Shown piece by piece: positions 12,001-23,441 of a stretch of DNA of 64,000 nucleotides. Positions within the stretch are counted from its first letter, which is position 1. Every line of letters starts with the position of its first letter. The position numbers and the translations under genes are program-made. Origin of the DNA: Paragordius varius (Eukaryota; Animalia; Nematomorpha); assembly GCA_964247055.1 (NCBI GenBank), contig OZ176050.1:8494001-8558000 (forward strand). The letters run 5' to 3'. The notes under the pieces are model-generated. The model was given only the letters and a program-made list of their open reading frames with translations. It did not search any database and was not told the origin of the DNA.

Positions 12001-12808
12001 GAATGCAAGTATTTTGAAGCGAGAAAATTTTCAAATGTGGATCATGAATAAAGGGATCTCACAACAATCGGAACAGTTTTGCAACTTTAAGAGCCGTTTC
12101 AGAACAGGTTCCACTTCTAAAATAAACGGTCCTAAAACCGAAAAAATGTAAAGAACCGGAACCAGATAAAATTTTTAAACCGTTTTGGACCCGGTTCCTA
12201 GACTTCGGTTCCAAGCCCTGAAAAAACTACATGAAATATCATATTATTTTCTGAAAGTGATTGCCAACCAAATGGACTCATTTAACCTTAAAATTAAAAG
12301 CAGAATTCGTTAGTTTATGTATTTTTGACAAAAACCTTGATTCTTTTTTGGACCCAAAGATGTTTGTATGGGTGAACAAAGTTTTGCAACACCTTTTTAA
12401 CTTTAGAGTCGGGTGGTTTCATTGTATCTTCTACGATTATCCAATAGAGGGGAGCCTTCACAAGATTTAATGTGTGAACTAATCTGGTTAAATGAAGACG
12501 CGTAAATATGGTTTGTGCCACTGGCGTTATAATTATGAGGCATTTTTGAGGCGATAAATCTGAACGTGTATTTGTTTGAATATTTTTGTCTCTATAAGTC
12601 ACCACACTATTTGATTTTACTAATAAATGCAATTACATTAATTTATGCCCAAAAGTTTAAAAATTTTATATCAAACAATATAAAGAAATAAATAATATAT
12701 ACAATGATATTTGATGGAACTTTCGTTAATTCTGGAATAAAACCGGAGATAAAAAATGTAATTTATAAATGCAAAACTAATTATACTGAGTATTAATATC
12801 CAGTTCAT
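32..12808 (-). CDS. B3GAT: Galactosylgalactosylxylosylprotein 3-beta-glucuronosyltransferase (glycosyltransferase family 43, GlcAT/B3GAT family), multi-exon, 3' end beyond window
   Basis: Exons 12808-12703, 12619-12336, 710-474, 251-32, all GT-AG and phase-compatible. N-terminal TM anchor MNWILILSIISFAFINYIFYL. GT43 motifs LIIITP..LHLTRLVHTL..LYWIIVED, KGCVQRNMALSWLR, VVYFADDDNTYDLKLFEE (DDD), IGVWPVAFAGG, LDMAGFAVN. Introns 83, 11625 and 222 nt. Paralogue (GlcAT-I/P/S) not resolvable by eye; exon 1/2 junction is the least certain part. Confidence 0.9.
1668..5022 (-). mobile_element. hAT DNA transposon (Blackjack-type TIR), near full length, degenerate transposase
   Basis: TIRs TAAGGTGACCAGA / CTAGTCACCTTA; perfect 8-bp TSD GGTATGAT (1660-1667, 5023-5030). 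Transposase fragments on - strand include DASNHHETKLFPLIRYFD and the hAT C-terminal dimerisation segment SLPGTNAATERVFS. Confidence 0.93.
2607..4330 (-). pseudogene. hAT transposase pseudogene (frameshifts and stops)
   Basis: ORF pieces 3762-4091 and 2607-2867 plus intervening out-of-frame segments, homologous to 7044-7920 on the + strand. Confidence 0.85.
6589..8694 (+). mobile_element. hAT (Blackjack-type) copy 2, internally deleted, carrying a Helitron-like insert
   Basis: TIRs TAGGGTGACCAGA / TCTGGTCACCATA; TSD CACATAAT / CACAGAAT (7/8). Transposase fragments 7044-7920 (CARTKAEAIV, DASNHNETKLFP, DNTNTNFGG, CAAHIIHN); C-terminal part missing. Confidence 0.92.
7950..8571 (+). mobile_element. 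Non-autonomous Helitron-like repeat fragment inside hAT copy 2
   Basis: Homologous to 48370-48880 and 43900-44280; ends in CCACTTTCCATTTTTATAAATATATAGAT. Left boundary approximate. Confidence 0.6.
8765..10115 (-). mobile_element. Foldback element with 21-bp tandem arrays in its TIRs and a Tc1/IS630-type DDE transposase remnant
   Basis: Ends TACCATTTC..GAAATGGTA with TA flanks. Arrays of TTTTCCCAGTC(A/T)ATCGAAAC(A/G): ~11 units left, ~7 right. TIRs extend to ~9155 and ~9830. Loop encodes FLSPYSYMLSPIEMAFSKMK (PYSPxLNPIE-like motif). Confidence 0.85.
10576..12220. mobile_element. hAT-type non-autonomous element (CAGGGCTTGGAACC TIR) hosting a Tc1-like insertion
   Basis: Left CAAGGGCTTGGAACCAGAAG, right CTTCGGTTCCAAGCCCTG, with repeated GAACCG subterminal motifs; no TSD retained. 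Same TIR family as 26599-27302. Confidence 0.7.
10796..11932 (+). mobile_element. Tc1/mariner-type element with long TIRs and degenerate transposase
   Basis: CAGTCG..GACTG ends flanked by TA; ~170-bp inverted arms. Internal motifs VCDNAP and LPPYWPRLNPI (11561-11593). Confidence 0.85.
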
Positions 12809-13076
12809 GGACGTTAAAACATAAGAGATTATATAAATTAAGAATATGCTGATTTCGCATTTTTGACCAACACTATCAGTACTGATAAAATGGGAAGTAA
12901 ACAAATAAAAAGCATTGGTAAAGAATAATAGATTTTTGAATAATGATTACAAAAGTTAAAATTAGTAATTAATTTAATCTTAAGATTATGTTTTAGAATC
13001 GATCAGAATTTTAAAACACTTTATACAAGTGCCTTATCGGATATACACCTATGTTAATGTAGTTTTTAAATCGTTA

Positions 13077-14156
13077 CACTAGACAACAAATTTTAACTTT
13101 TTTAACTGCCATTCTTGTAAATTTAAAATTTATTTCATTAAAGTAGATATTTAGTATATCTGAAAAGAAAATTGGTCTAGCATGGAAGAAATTTTTTATA
13201 TTAGAGTTTATCAATAATTTTTGGCTCCGATTTAACAAACTCGAAATTTCGAAAATTTAAAGTTTTAGATATGAAGCCATGTATTTTATATCGTTCGAAA
13301 GAGCGCAATAAACTGCATCTTTTAAATGGTAGTAAGTCATTTAAATCAATCGGATGTAAAAGTTATTTGGATTTAAATGGTCGAAATTTTCAATCCTTAA
13401 ATAAGTCAAGAATTTTCACAGACAAACTAATTTGAAAATCATATACAGTGGCGTATGCAGTAAAAGATTGTTAGTGCAAAATAATCTTAATGAACACAAA
13501 ACAGGGGGACATTTTTCATATATTAAAGTCCTATTTATAAACATATCCATAATATCCCCCTTTTAAGATTATTTTGCACTAACAATCTTTTACTGCATAC
13601 GCTACTGTAAATTATTTTAATATAATTGTTAGGATTATATTAGTATTTAATTTAAAAAAAATGTTTGAAAAAGCTTTTGGTTTGCTTTTTATCATAAATA
13701 TTTTACCTAGTGGATACTAAAATGCATAGTTATAACTGTAAATTTATTGCATAATGGCTATAAAAGATCAAAAATACCTTAAAATTTGTTTTTATCTTTA
13801 AAATTTCGAAATTATCAGCCTCGTAAAGAAAATAAATATTGATGAGATGGTAATTTTTAAAAATAAAAAACTTAAAAATGGCTCTTTTGAGTGACATAAA
13901 AGCAATAAAAAATGTTTTAATCAAAAAAACTTTCTTGTGTTATCTTTTTTGGACATTCATCTCCATCTAAATAAAGTTTAAGATATTTTCATCCATTAGT
14001 TTTAAAAAACATTTTTTAGTAAAATTTTAATCAAAAAGATCAAATTATACAAAATTCTTCCATCGAGTTATAATTTTTATTTCAGTACTGTTAAAATGAT
14101 ACTAAATATCAGAAAATGCAAAAAACTCGAGTGGCAGAAAAATTTATTGTCTAGTG
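13077..14156. mobile_element. CACTA/CMC-type non-autonomous element, copy 1
   Basis: Ends CACTAGACAAC / TTGTCTAGTG, TTA direct flanks; homologous along its length to 50538-52136. Confidence 0.7.
13446..13607. mobile_element. 162-bp MITE
   Basis: ~45-bp near-perfect TIR CAGTGGCGTATGCAGTAAAAGATTGTTAGTGCAAAATAATCTTAA with TA flanks; nested in the CACTA-type element. Confidence 0.9.
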
Positions 14157-15510
14157 TTATTATAGATCGAGTAAACCACTATTGTTTATATCTGAAAAAA
14201 TGGGCGGCATTCGAAATAATTTACATTTATATGAAGAGCTAGCTGTTTTTTTCAAAAAGTAATAAATAGTTTATATATAAGAATAAAATTAACCAAAAAT
14301 TTGCAAAATTTATATATCCGATCGCATACTATCTTCCATTGAGTTGTCAAAAACAAAAAATCATATATTAGTGGCAATTAGCGTGTTATGGTAACAGACT
14401 TACTTAAATTTTTATTAGCTCTAAATTTGCATATTAACACCGTGTTTAAAATATTTTAGCTAGCGCGATTTGACACGGTCAAAATATATATATAAATAAA
14501 TCCTGTCAATATAATAAAAATTTGTTATTTAAGATAATTTTACTGGTAATCAGAATTAAATAGTAATGATACCACGATATCCCATTAGTAAAATGGTGGG
14601 ATAAAAATTAACAAACTGTGACTCACAAATTATTTTTAAAAATCAACTTAAACAAAATATTAAACAACTTTGCATCAATCTTGTTTGTAAATTATTTTCA
14701 TTAAAAATCAATATGAATTTGCCATATAGGGGAATCCTATCATATATTTATGTTTAATAAAGTTTACTTGTAGTAAACAAAAAATTCATTATTGCTTTAC
14801 ATATTTTTAAAAAATAATACAAAAATGTCTTAAAATAACAGATACAATTATATTTCACTGCAAATCCGGTTTTGATCCTAAGTCTCATAATGACGAATGG
14901 TGACTGTGAAATATACAATGAAAGCGAGGTCTACGTTAAACTGGATAAGTTTTACCAATTAAAAAATTTGCTTCTAAAAATTATAGATGCGAGTTACAAA
15001 AATTAACACCTACTGCATTGAGACCCCACATAAAAAGAAAATACTACAACGATTAGCGTTGAAATTTAAGAAAAAATTAATAACGGTTCAAAAGATTTCG
15101 AATATTAACGGCAATCAATTTTTTATGTAAATTTTGAGTTGATATGTTTGACAAAATGACTCATAACCCTTTAACAATAATGGTAAACATTGATGCCAAA
15201 GCGAAGTGATATTATGAAAATATTTTATTTGAAAGTTTAAAACTAGCATATGTTGCAATATTGTAATTTATGAGTTGTTGTAATAAGCAGTTATCACTTC
15301 CAAAATGTTATTTGAATAATTTTATAAAAACTGATACGATTTCATAGTACTAAAAATATTAGACAAAAACAAATCAATCTGAGCAAGAATTTTACCATTT
15401 CATCTGACCAAGATTATAATAAATAAATTCCAATTCAAAAGAGAAACATGAGATTTGGTTAAAAAACATAACACATTTATTAAGTAATGCAAAAAATCGC
15501 AAAGGTCTAA

Positions 15511-18500
15511 TCATTGTTTTCCATCTCTGGGATTATCATCTTTTTTCTTCTAAAATAATAAAAAATAAAAATTTAAATATAAATTAATAATAAACTAGAT
15601 ATGCTAGCACTGTATTTATTGATTGAATCTAATTAAGTAAATAATAAAATTTTTAGAATGATTGATGGTTCGCATCTATAAATTTATTTATATAAATTTT
15701 TGGCTTGATTTTATAATAATATTGTATTTGGTTTATATTTTTATAACCTGGTTCAGATAAAGGGTGAATAAAAAAACCAAGTATTTGAGATGGACGAGGT
15801 TAAATCGATTGATTTATTTGTACATGAAATAAACAACAGTAATAGGCCTTAATAAATTATGTTATCAGGATAGAATTCCAAATCGAAGATACAACTAGAG
15901 CGGCTTCACGATTGAGAAGCCTGTGGGATTTGGCTTGTTTATCTCTATGGATTCACGTATCCCGTGCTTGTGGTAATGAGATATGTATTGATGATTATTT
16001 TACGGGTTGTAATTTGATAATCATTACGGATTAAATACTCTGCTGATGCCGAAAAAAACTAACGGGTACGAATATACTGGTCATGTTTGTTCCACCGTGT
16101 TAAAATTAAGCATCCACACTCTCCTATGTATCATTGCAGGGAACGAACATGATCAATTATTCCTACCCGTAAGCTTTCTTCGGCATTAACAGAGCACAAT
16201 CCTTTGCCGTAAAGTTATCACCAACATATAATAATACCACAAGCGCCGGATACGAGAGTCTATAGAGATAAAGAAGTCAAATGTCAAAAACTAACTAAAT
16301 GGTCAAGACGGTCTAATTATTTCTTCAATTCGGGTGTCCCATCCTACTCTGACAACATAATTTATTAAAATCGATATACTGATGTTTATTTCATATATTA
16401 CATCATATGCATAAATAAATATCAATTAATTTACTATCATCTAGACAATTATACACATAATGATTCCTACTTGGTTTTTTTATTTCTTTTTTTTCCAATT
16501 TTTATATAAGTTTATACAAATATAAACAAAATATAATAAATATAATTAATATAATAATTATCGCTTTTAAGTAACAATGTATTTTCATAAAATATTTACA
16601 AAAAAATATTTATACGAAATGATAAAAAATATAATAACTTACTTCAGGAGATTTGTTATCGACATCCATGGCTAAAATTAAATATATTTTTTAAAAATTA
16701 CAAAATTAAGGCAATATATTTGTTTTTAGTATTAAAAAATAAAACCACAAACTATCATTTACCAAATAGCATTACCATTTATGTTAATGTCGGAATATAA
16801 AAATCTGAATAGAACTATATCACAAAAAGCTGGATAGTTTAGGATGGTGTCCCATCACTCGTTGAACAAAGTGCTTTAATATTAATACCATGGCTTAATA
16901 TTATTTAATAAAATAAATTTGTAATAAAAATTTTTCAAGTTTTTGGCCAATGATTACAGTCGACAATATGTAAAAAAATATTTTTATACGATTAATCATA
17001 AATAACATAGTTAATTAAATAATTTCGTCGAGAAAAACTTAAGTTGCTGACATTAAATATACCCATAGATCATTTTTGTATAGCAAAAATGCTATTTAAT
17101 AAGTGTAAATGTAAAAATAAATCATATAAACTGTTTTATATATAAACTTAACCTTCTTCGGGTTGCAGGGACATTTGGAGAGCCAATTCGATTTGTTCCT
17201 CTTCTGTCAATTCGTGCCCAGTTTGCCCAGAATTTGATGGAACTTATATCATATTTAAAATTTTTACGCAAAATTAAAATTAGAATCAGGCTAATTTAAC
17301 ATAAAAATAGGATTATTTGATATTAAAGCGATAATAATTAATAATATAAAAAGTTTAAATCATACATGCACCAGTTCCATGATCAATCTAAATATGTATT
17401 ATAATATCAAATAAATATTAGTGTAGTACAAGAAAATTAATATATTAGGATTTAATAAAAAATAATTGATAATTATCATACATTAGCTCCTTGCTGTTGT
17501 AAAAACATTGAAGGATCCAAACCCATACTTTGTGCCAAAGCAAGATTAAGAGCCATTTCATCCTCAGTCAAACCTATAATTATCGTTGATTTTAATATGA
17601 GCAAACATATAATGGGTGGGGTGATAAAAAAATCGTAATTGACTTGCAAGCCAAGCGTGGCAAGTTGAGCAAGTTTACTTAAGCCAGCAAGTGTACATTT
17701 CAAGATCAGTGATAAAAAACCCTTAAGTCAAGTCTTTTGCTTATGAATGTAACATTCTTTGCCACCCGATTCGAATTTTACAGAAATTATTTTGATCATT
17801 ATCAGCCAAAATTTATGAAATAAGGCACAAAAGATAAACAATTAATACAATATCCACTCATTGACGTTTTTCAAACTCACTGGTACGTATCTTATTTATT
17901 ATTATAGATTTTTCTAAATATTAAATCCGGTGATGATTTTTAAATGATGAAACCATTCGCCCTTAAAAAACTCTATTATTTTACCAAACTACTCATTTTG
18001 TTAGGAGTCCATTTGTAAATATATTGGGATTATAAAATAATTAATTTGGCAAACGTATGAATATATTATTAACAAATAAAAAATTTATTAATAAAGCTTA
18101 TTTCGACCATGTTAGCATGATCTTGATCACAGTGGTGAAAATGAAATTGAGCTACTATATATACCAGTAAAAACCAATTATATGATTAAAAAATTATAGA
18201 AAATTAATAAATGTGATTAAGTGGGTGTAATTGATTGTTTGAAGTAGTAAATACAAATATTATAATATATAATAAGGGGTGATTAGTGTTGTTGTAAAAC
18301 ATAAGTCCATATTGATGAAAGATTATATCCATCCGCTCTGTTGAGTAGAGCATTATTCTTTTTAATTTCAATTGCTTTTAATATTAATCGTTTAAAGGGG
18401 TTGTTAATGTTGTGAAGTACCTCGGTTTTAATTATTTTGTGGCCTTCGTTGCAGACGTGTTCTGCTAAGCCGGAATTAGGCTTGTTGTGCTTGATATATT

Positions 18501-21500
18501 GTTGGTGTTCCTTTAATCTAATATTAATAGATCTGCTTGTCTCGCCTACGTAAACTTAATTGCAAGAGCAAGTAGCCTTATATATTCCGGGTAATTTGTC
18601 TCGAGAGATTGGATCTTTAACTTTTGTAAAATTAATTAGTTTTTTAAAAGGTGTGTATACTGACCGAATATTGAATTTATTTAAGATTTTGCCAATTTTT
18701 GGTGTGACATTTTGATTGTCAGCAATATAAATTCCCCAACAGATTTTCTATCAAAACAGTTACTCAAACATTTGAAACCCTTTGTCCACCTAACCAGCTC
18801 ACACGTGCTTAATAGCAATGATTTCATCAAAAAAAAACGTTAAAATTGATGAAACAGATATTTTAGTCACTTTAGATGTTGAGTCCCTTTTTACGAAAAT
18901 TTCACAGCAAGATGTTCTACAGTTAGTTGAGAAATTAACCGAAAAAGGTCTACACCCTGATATTACCAACCTAACTAAACTATGTCTAACAAACAACTAT
19001 TTCCTCTTTAATAATAAATTCTACCTACAAAAACAAGGCACCCCAATGGGTTCTAGTATCTCTCCAATCCTGGCAGATTTATTTATGGAAAATCTAAAAG
19101 AACAAATTTTTGTCTCCTCTACACTCCTCCCTTCAATCTGGCTCAGATATGTTGATGACATTTTCATGATCTGGCCACATGGAACCAGTAAGTTAGTTGA
19201 TTTTGTAAATTTTATAAATCAAATACATGCTAATATAAAATTTACTATGGACTCTAACCCTACCTGTATCAGTTTTCTTGATACACTAGTGACTATATCC
19301 AATGGAAAACTCAACCATACTGTCTGCAGAAAACCCACACATACCAATCTTTACCTCAACGCAAATTCACACCATTATCCACCCCAAAAACATTCAGTAA
19401 TTAACACATTAATAAAACGTGCTTACAATTTATGTGATCCAACTTCACTCAAGTCAGAAATCAATACACTTAAACATGCTTTTAAACTTAACGGTTACTC
19501 AAAAGATCTTTTTGACAAAATACATAATAAAACAACACATAAAAATAATAATACATTTGTGTCGACAGCCATTTTGCCCTACATTCAAAATGTCACACCA
19601 AAAATTGGCAAAATCTTAAATAAATTCAATATTCGGTCAGTATACACACCTTTTAAAAAACTAATTAATTTTACAAAAATTAAAGATCCAATCTCTCGAG
19701 ACAAATTACCCGGAATATATAAGGCTACTTGCTCTTGCAATTATGTTTACGTAGGCGAGACAAGCAGATCTATTAATATTAGATTAAAGGAACACCAACA
19801 ATATATCAAGCACAACAAGCCTAATTCCGGCTTAGCAGAACACGTCTGCAACGAAGGCCACAAAATAATTAAAACCGAGGTACTTCACAACATTAACAAC
19901 CCCTTTAAACGATTAATATTAGAAGCAATTGAAATTAAAAAGTATAATGCTCTACTCAACAGAGCGGATGCATATAATCTTTCATCAATATGGACTTATG
20001 TTTTACAACAACACTAATCACCCCTTATTATATATTATAATATTTGTATTTACTACTTCAAACAATCAATTACACCCACTTAATCACATTTATTTATTTT
20101 CTATAATTTTTTAATCCTATAATTGGTTTTTACTGGTATATATAGTAGCTCAATTTCATTTTCACCACTGTGATCAAGATCATGCTAACATGGTCGAAAT
20201 ATAAGCTTTATTAATAAATTTTTTATTTGTTAATTCATACGTTTGCCAAATTAATTATTTTATTGTCATTCACGTATGGAATCCTTAAATTTTAATATTG
20301 GGATTATGTTTATACAATATAACATATTATTATTTTTATTATCAACATTACATTCGAAATAAATTTATGATGAAATAAATTACATTAGTTAATAGTGAAG
20401 TTACTATTTGCTTATAATAAACGAAGATTTTATATTATACAAGATTAATATTTAATTTTTAATTTGAAGAAATTTTCGAGAATCCAATTTTTTTGCGGTC
20501 ACGGAATTGATATATTTAGCATATTTTTATATGCCATGTTCTTAAATATTAGCAGATTTTTTCTATAAATTTATCCTCTTTTGTATCCACCCAATGAATA
20601 GATTAATTAGCCAAAACTTATTAAATTAACCAACTTATAGCCTTAACAAAGGTTTGAATTACATACCTAAATTTTATACATAAATAGCTTCCAAAATAAT
20701 TTTATTCATATTTTTAAATCTGTCAAGTAAGCCCTACACCAACTTGCAAAATCTTTAAGTTTTACTTGATCAGATGATTTTTTATCACCTCCGAATCAGG
20801 TTTTCTTGCTTGACTTGAGTCGTCTCTAATGTTAAATTTTACATGAAAGCAAGCCATGACTTGAAAAACTTGCAAAAAAATTTTTTTATCACCCCACCCA
20901 ATATTATAACATATATGTGTCTAGTTTTGTAAACGCCCGTTTTTCAAATACTTTATTCATTTTATTAGACACCAATCACCACATATAAGTTTAACAAAAG
21001 TTAAAAATTAAATATAAAATATATTATCATTTTTTACAAATCAGCAGATTTAAGAGCCAATATTATACCTTGAGTTGCTAATAATGGATTTCCCATATGA
21101 GTTCCATCAACTGCACCTTGATTACTGATTACATTAGTAGCAGTTGTATTAGTGTCAGTATTTGCGGTGGCATCGTTGGCCGCAATTGCAGAAGCTCGTT
21201 CAGATTCTTGTCTAGCACGCTGTTCCTCCAGCGATACACGTAAAGCCTGGCAAGATAAATATTGTTTAACACAAACTATAAAAGGAAACCAACACAGAAA
21301 AATATATAGAAAAAATGGTATAAAAAAAGAAAACATTATTTAAACCAATTAGGGGGAGATAAACTAAAATAAAACCTAAAGTTTTAAAAAACGCATAATT
21401 TTCATGTCATTTTTTGAATAGCATACAAACCCAAGAAATAGGTGTTTTTCATATATACAGTAAATATTGAATTTAGGTGCTAGAATGTTATTAAAATCTG

Positions 21501-23441
21501 GATTTTGTAAAAAGGTGCCTTATTGGTATTATTGATTACATGTATTTACAAGATGTTCCTCGATACATATCTCTAATGAAAAAAACTAACAAAGGAAAAT
21601 TTGTATATAGATGAAATCAATGAAACCAAAGCTATTTTTGTTTAAACATAAATATAGTATCTGGATTAAAAAAAGAGTTCTGGGACTTATTTTCCCAAAT
21701 ATAATGTATTTATTGGATAATTGTTAAACAACAAACTATGTACATCCCTACCAAAGCTAAATCAGGATCCATTTCATCGGCATCCAGACCGAAACCAAAA
21801 TCATCGACATTCGATCCACCAGGAATGCCTGACCCTCCAATCCTTCCACCAGGGACCATAGGTGTTCCATCCTCTCGAGCCATTATGGGTGAACTGAGAA
21901 GTGCCTCAGACAGCACAGTAGCTCTTGGCACAGTTACAATATGACTCCTATAATATCAAATTATTTTTACATCACAAAGAGTAAAAACTTAAATTGCATC
22001 ACTGGAGTATAAAAGCTTCAAGTAACGGCTACTCAAAAATAATGAAATTGTTCAGGTAGGTAAACACTACTTCACACATGCATATAATGCAAAGAGACGC
22101 ATTATCTATACTATTATCATCGATCTTTATAACCATAAGTAAAAGGGCGGATAAATTAAATAAATGAGAATATGTTGGTAAAAAATAATAAAGGTATTTG
22201 TAAAAAATTATTCACCAAGAATTATTGTTCGATCCATTTTCTCAATAAATATATAATTAAAAATGCGCAATTCATTGAATATATCCATCCTTATAATTAA
22301 TAATATATGTGGTTGTTTAATAAAAAATAATATAAAACCACATCATACAAAAATAAATCGAACTCAGAAAGATGTTTTATTTAACGTTTTCGTTCAGGGA
22401 AAAAAAGATTTAATTGCATAGACATTAAGGTACATTTAAAAATCAGCCTTATTAAACCAATAAATATATATATATTAAAATTATGATTTTGTATGATTCC
22501 ATGATCCAAAATAGCCAAATTGATAAAAGACACTAAAATAATATTCTTAAAAAATTATAATCAATTTAATGAATTCATTACCACCATTTTAATTTGTTCC
22601 CGGAAATGCAAAAATAATGAACTGTGAAACTGAAGTGTTAGAAAAAATGATGTGGAATAATTTTAAAAACTCTTTTAGAAACGATTACAAATTTTAACTT
22701 CGGTTATCCATAGTGTTGAGCAATATGAAATACCAGTTTCTTTTTTTACTAATATGTATGGTGGCTAGTAATTAAAGTTTAGAGAATCCGCATAAAAACG
22801 GTTTTTATTTAAAATGTTCAAATTTGAGGATTTCATTAAAAAATTACCCTGATCCTTCTTTCCCATTGAGAGTGTCAATAAAGATTGATAGTTTTTCCTT
22901 GTTACCTTCAATTTCTCCAAAACTGATGATATCAACATTGACTTTTTCTTTTTTTAATTTTTTTGCAAGTTGAATTAACTTAAAATAAATAATAAAATTA
23001 CATCTTTTTCTTCAAGCTCAACAGGACTCCCTACAAATACAATAATTTTTTGTTTATGATTTCGTCCTGGACGATGTTTCAAAGCCAACTAAATGTATAA
23101 ATCAAAATAAATACGTAGGCTATTTTAACACTAGTTATAAAATCAATTTTCTTGTCGGTCATTGTAACTTGATGTAATTGATTCATAATTTTTGAAACAT
23201 TATTAGTTAGGGTTACCATGAATTGTTTACTAATATTATAATTAAAAATACTCAGCCATCGAAAATAAACCCAAATTATTTTCTGGATTAATCCGCATTC
23301 GACTGTTGCAGATTAAATTAACGGCATCTTGTTGAGCCAAACCTCTCGTTGGCATATAATCCCCATTTCTCATATATTCACTATTATCGACGCTTTAAAT
23401 AAAAAAAGAAAATACCATAATATCGTGGATTCAAGAGTCAT
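15511..23441 (-). CDS. PSMD4: 26S proteasome non-ATPase regulatory subunit 4 (Rpn10/S5a), 12 exons, ~381 aa
   Basis: Exons 23441-23416, 23392-23252, 23229-23115, 23088-23002, 22978-22848, 21947-21752, 21246-21069, 17573-17482, 17387-17366, 17242-17153, 16671-16643, 15549-15511, all GT-AG and phase-compatible. vWA domain [54 protein letters not shown]. UIMs [47 protein letters not shown]. Exon 9 and the last two exons are less certain. Confidence 0.95.
15938..16272. mobile_element. Small TIR element (MITE-like) in PSMD4 intron 11
   Basis: ~45-bp imperfect inverted ends TTTATCTCTATGGATTCACGTATCCCGTGCTTGTGGTA / TACCACAAGCGCCGGATACGAGAGTCTATAGAGATAAA. Confidence 0.6.
18034..20294 (+). mobile_element. 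Penelope-like retroelement (PLE), 5'-truncated, with an inverted copy of its 3' ~680 bp at the 5' end
   Basis: ~18034-18714 is the reverse complement of ~19586-20263. 13-bp direct repeat ATATTGGGATTAT at 18021-18033 and 20295-20307 (candidate TSD). Encodes RT plus GIY-YIG endonuclease. Confidence 0.9.
18740..20017 (+). pseudogene. PLE reverse transcriptase + GIY-YIG endonuclease, N-terminally truncated, frameshift at the A-run 18829-18837
   Basis: RT motifs [37 protein letters not shown]; [36 protein letters not shown]. Upstream out-of-frame piece [25 protein letters not shown] continues the RT. Confidence 0.92.
22979..23415 (-). other. Four consecutive spliceosomal micro-introns in PSMD4 (23, 22, 26, 23 nt)
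   Basis: 23415-23393 GTATTTTCTTTTTTTATTTAAAG; 23251-23230 GTATTTTTAATTATAATATTAG; 23114-23089 GTATTTATTTTGATTTATACATTTAG; 23001-22979 GTAATTTTATTATTTATTTTAAG. None is 3n, and removing each restores the conserved Rpn10 frame. Confidence 0.93.

Larger units (their letters stand above)
17614..20899. mobile_element. PIF/Harbinger-like non-autonomous element hosting the Penelope insertion
   Basis: TIR GGGTGGGGTGATAAAAAAAT / ATTTTTTTATCACCCCACCC; 3-bp TSD AAT (17611-13, 20900-02); many CAAGT/ACTTG subterminal motifs. Confidence 0.75.

Noticed and set aside
14200-15430. Short + strand ORFs with a 23-nt GT-AG segment at 14259-14281
   Set aside because: Removing the segment gives only 39 aa; no coherent multi-exon model or recognisable protein.
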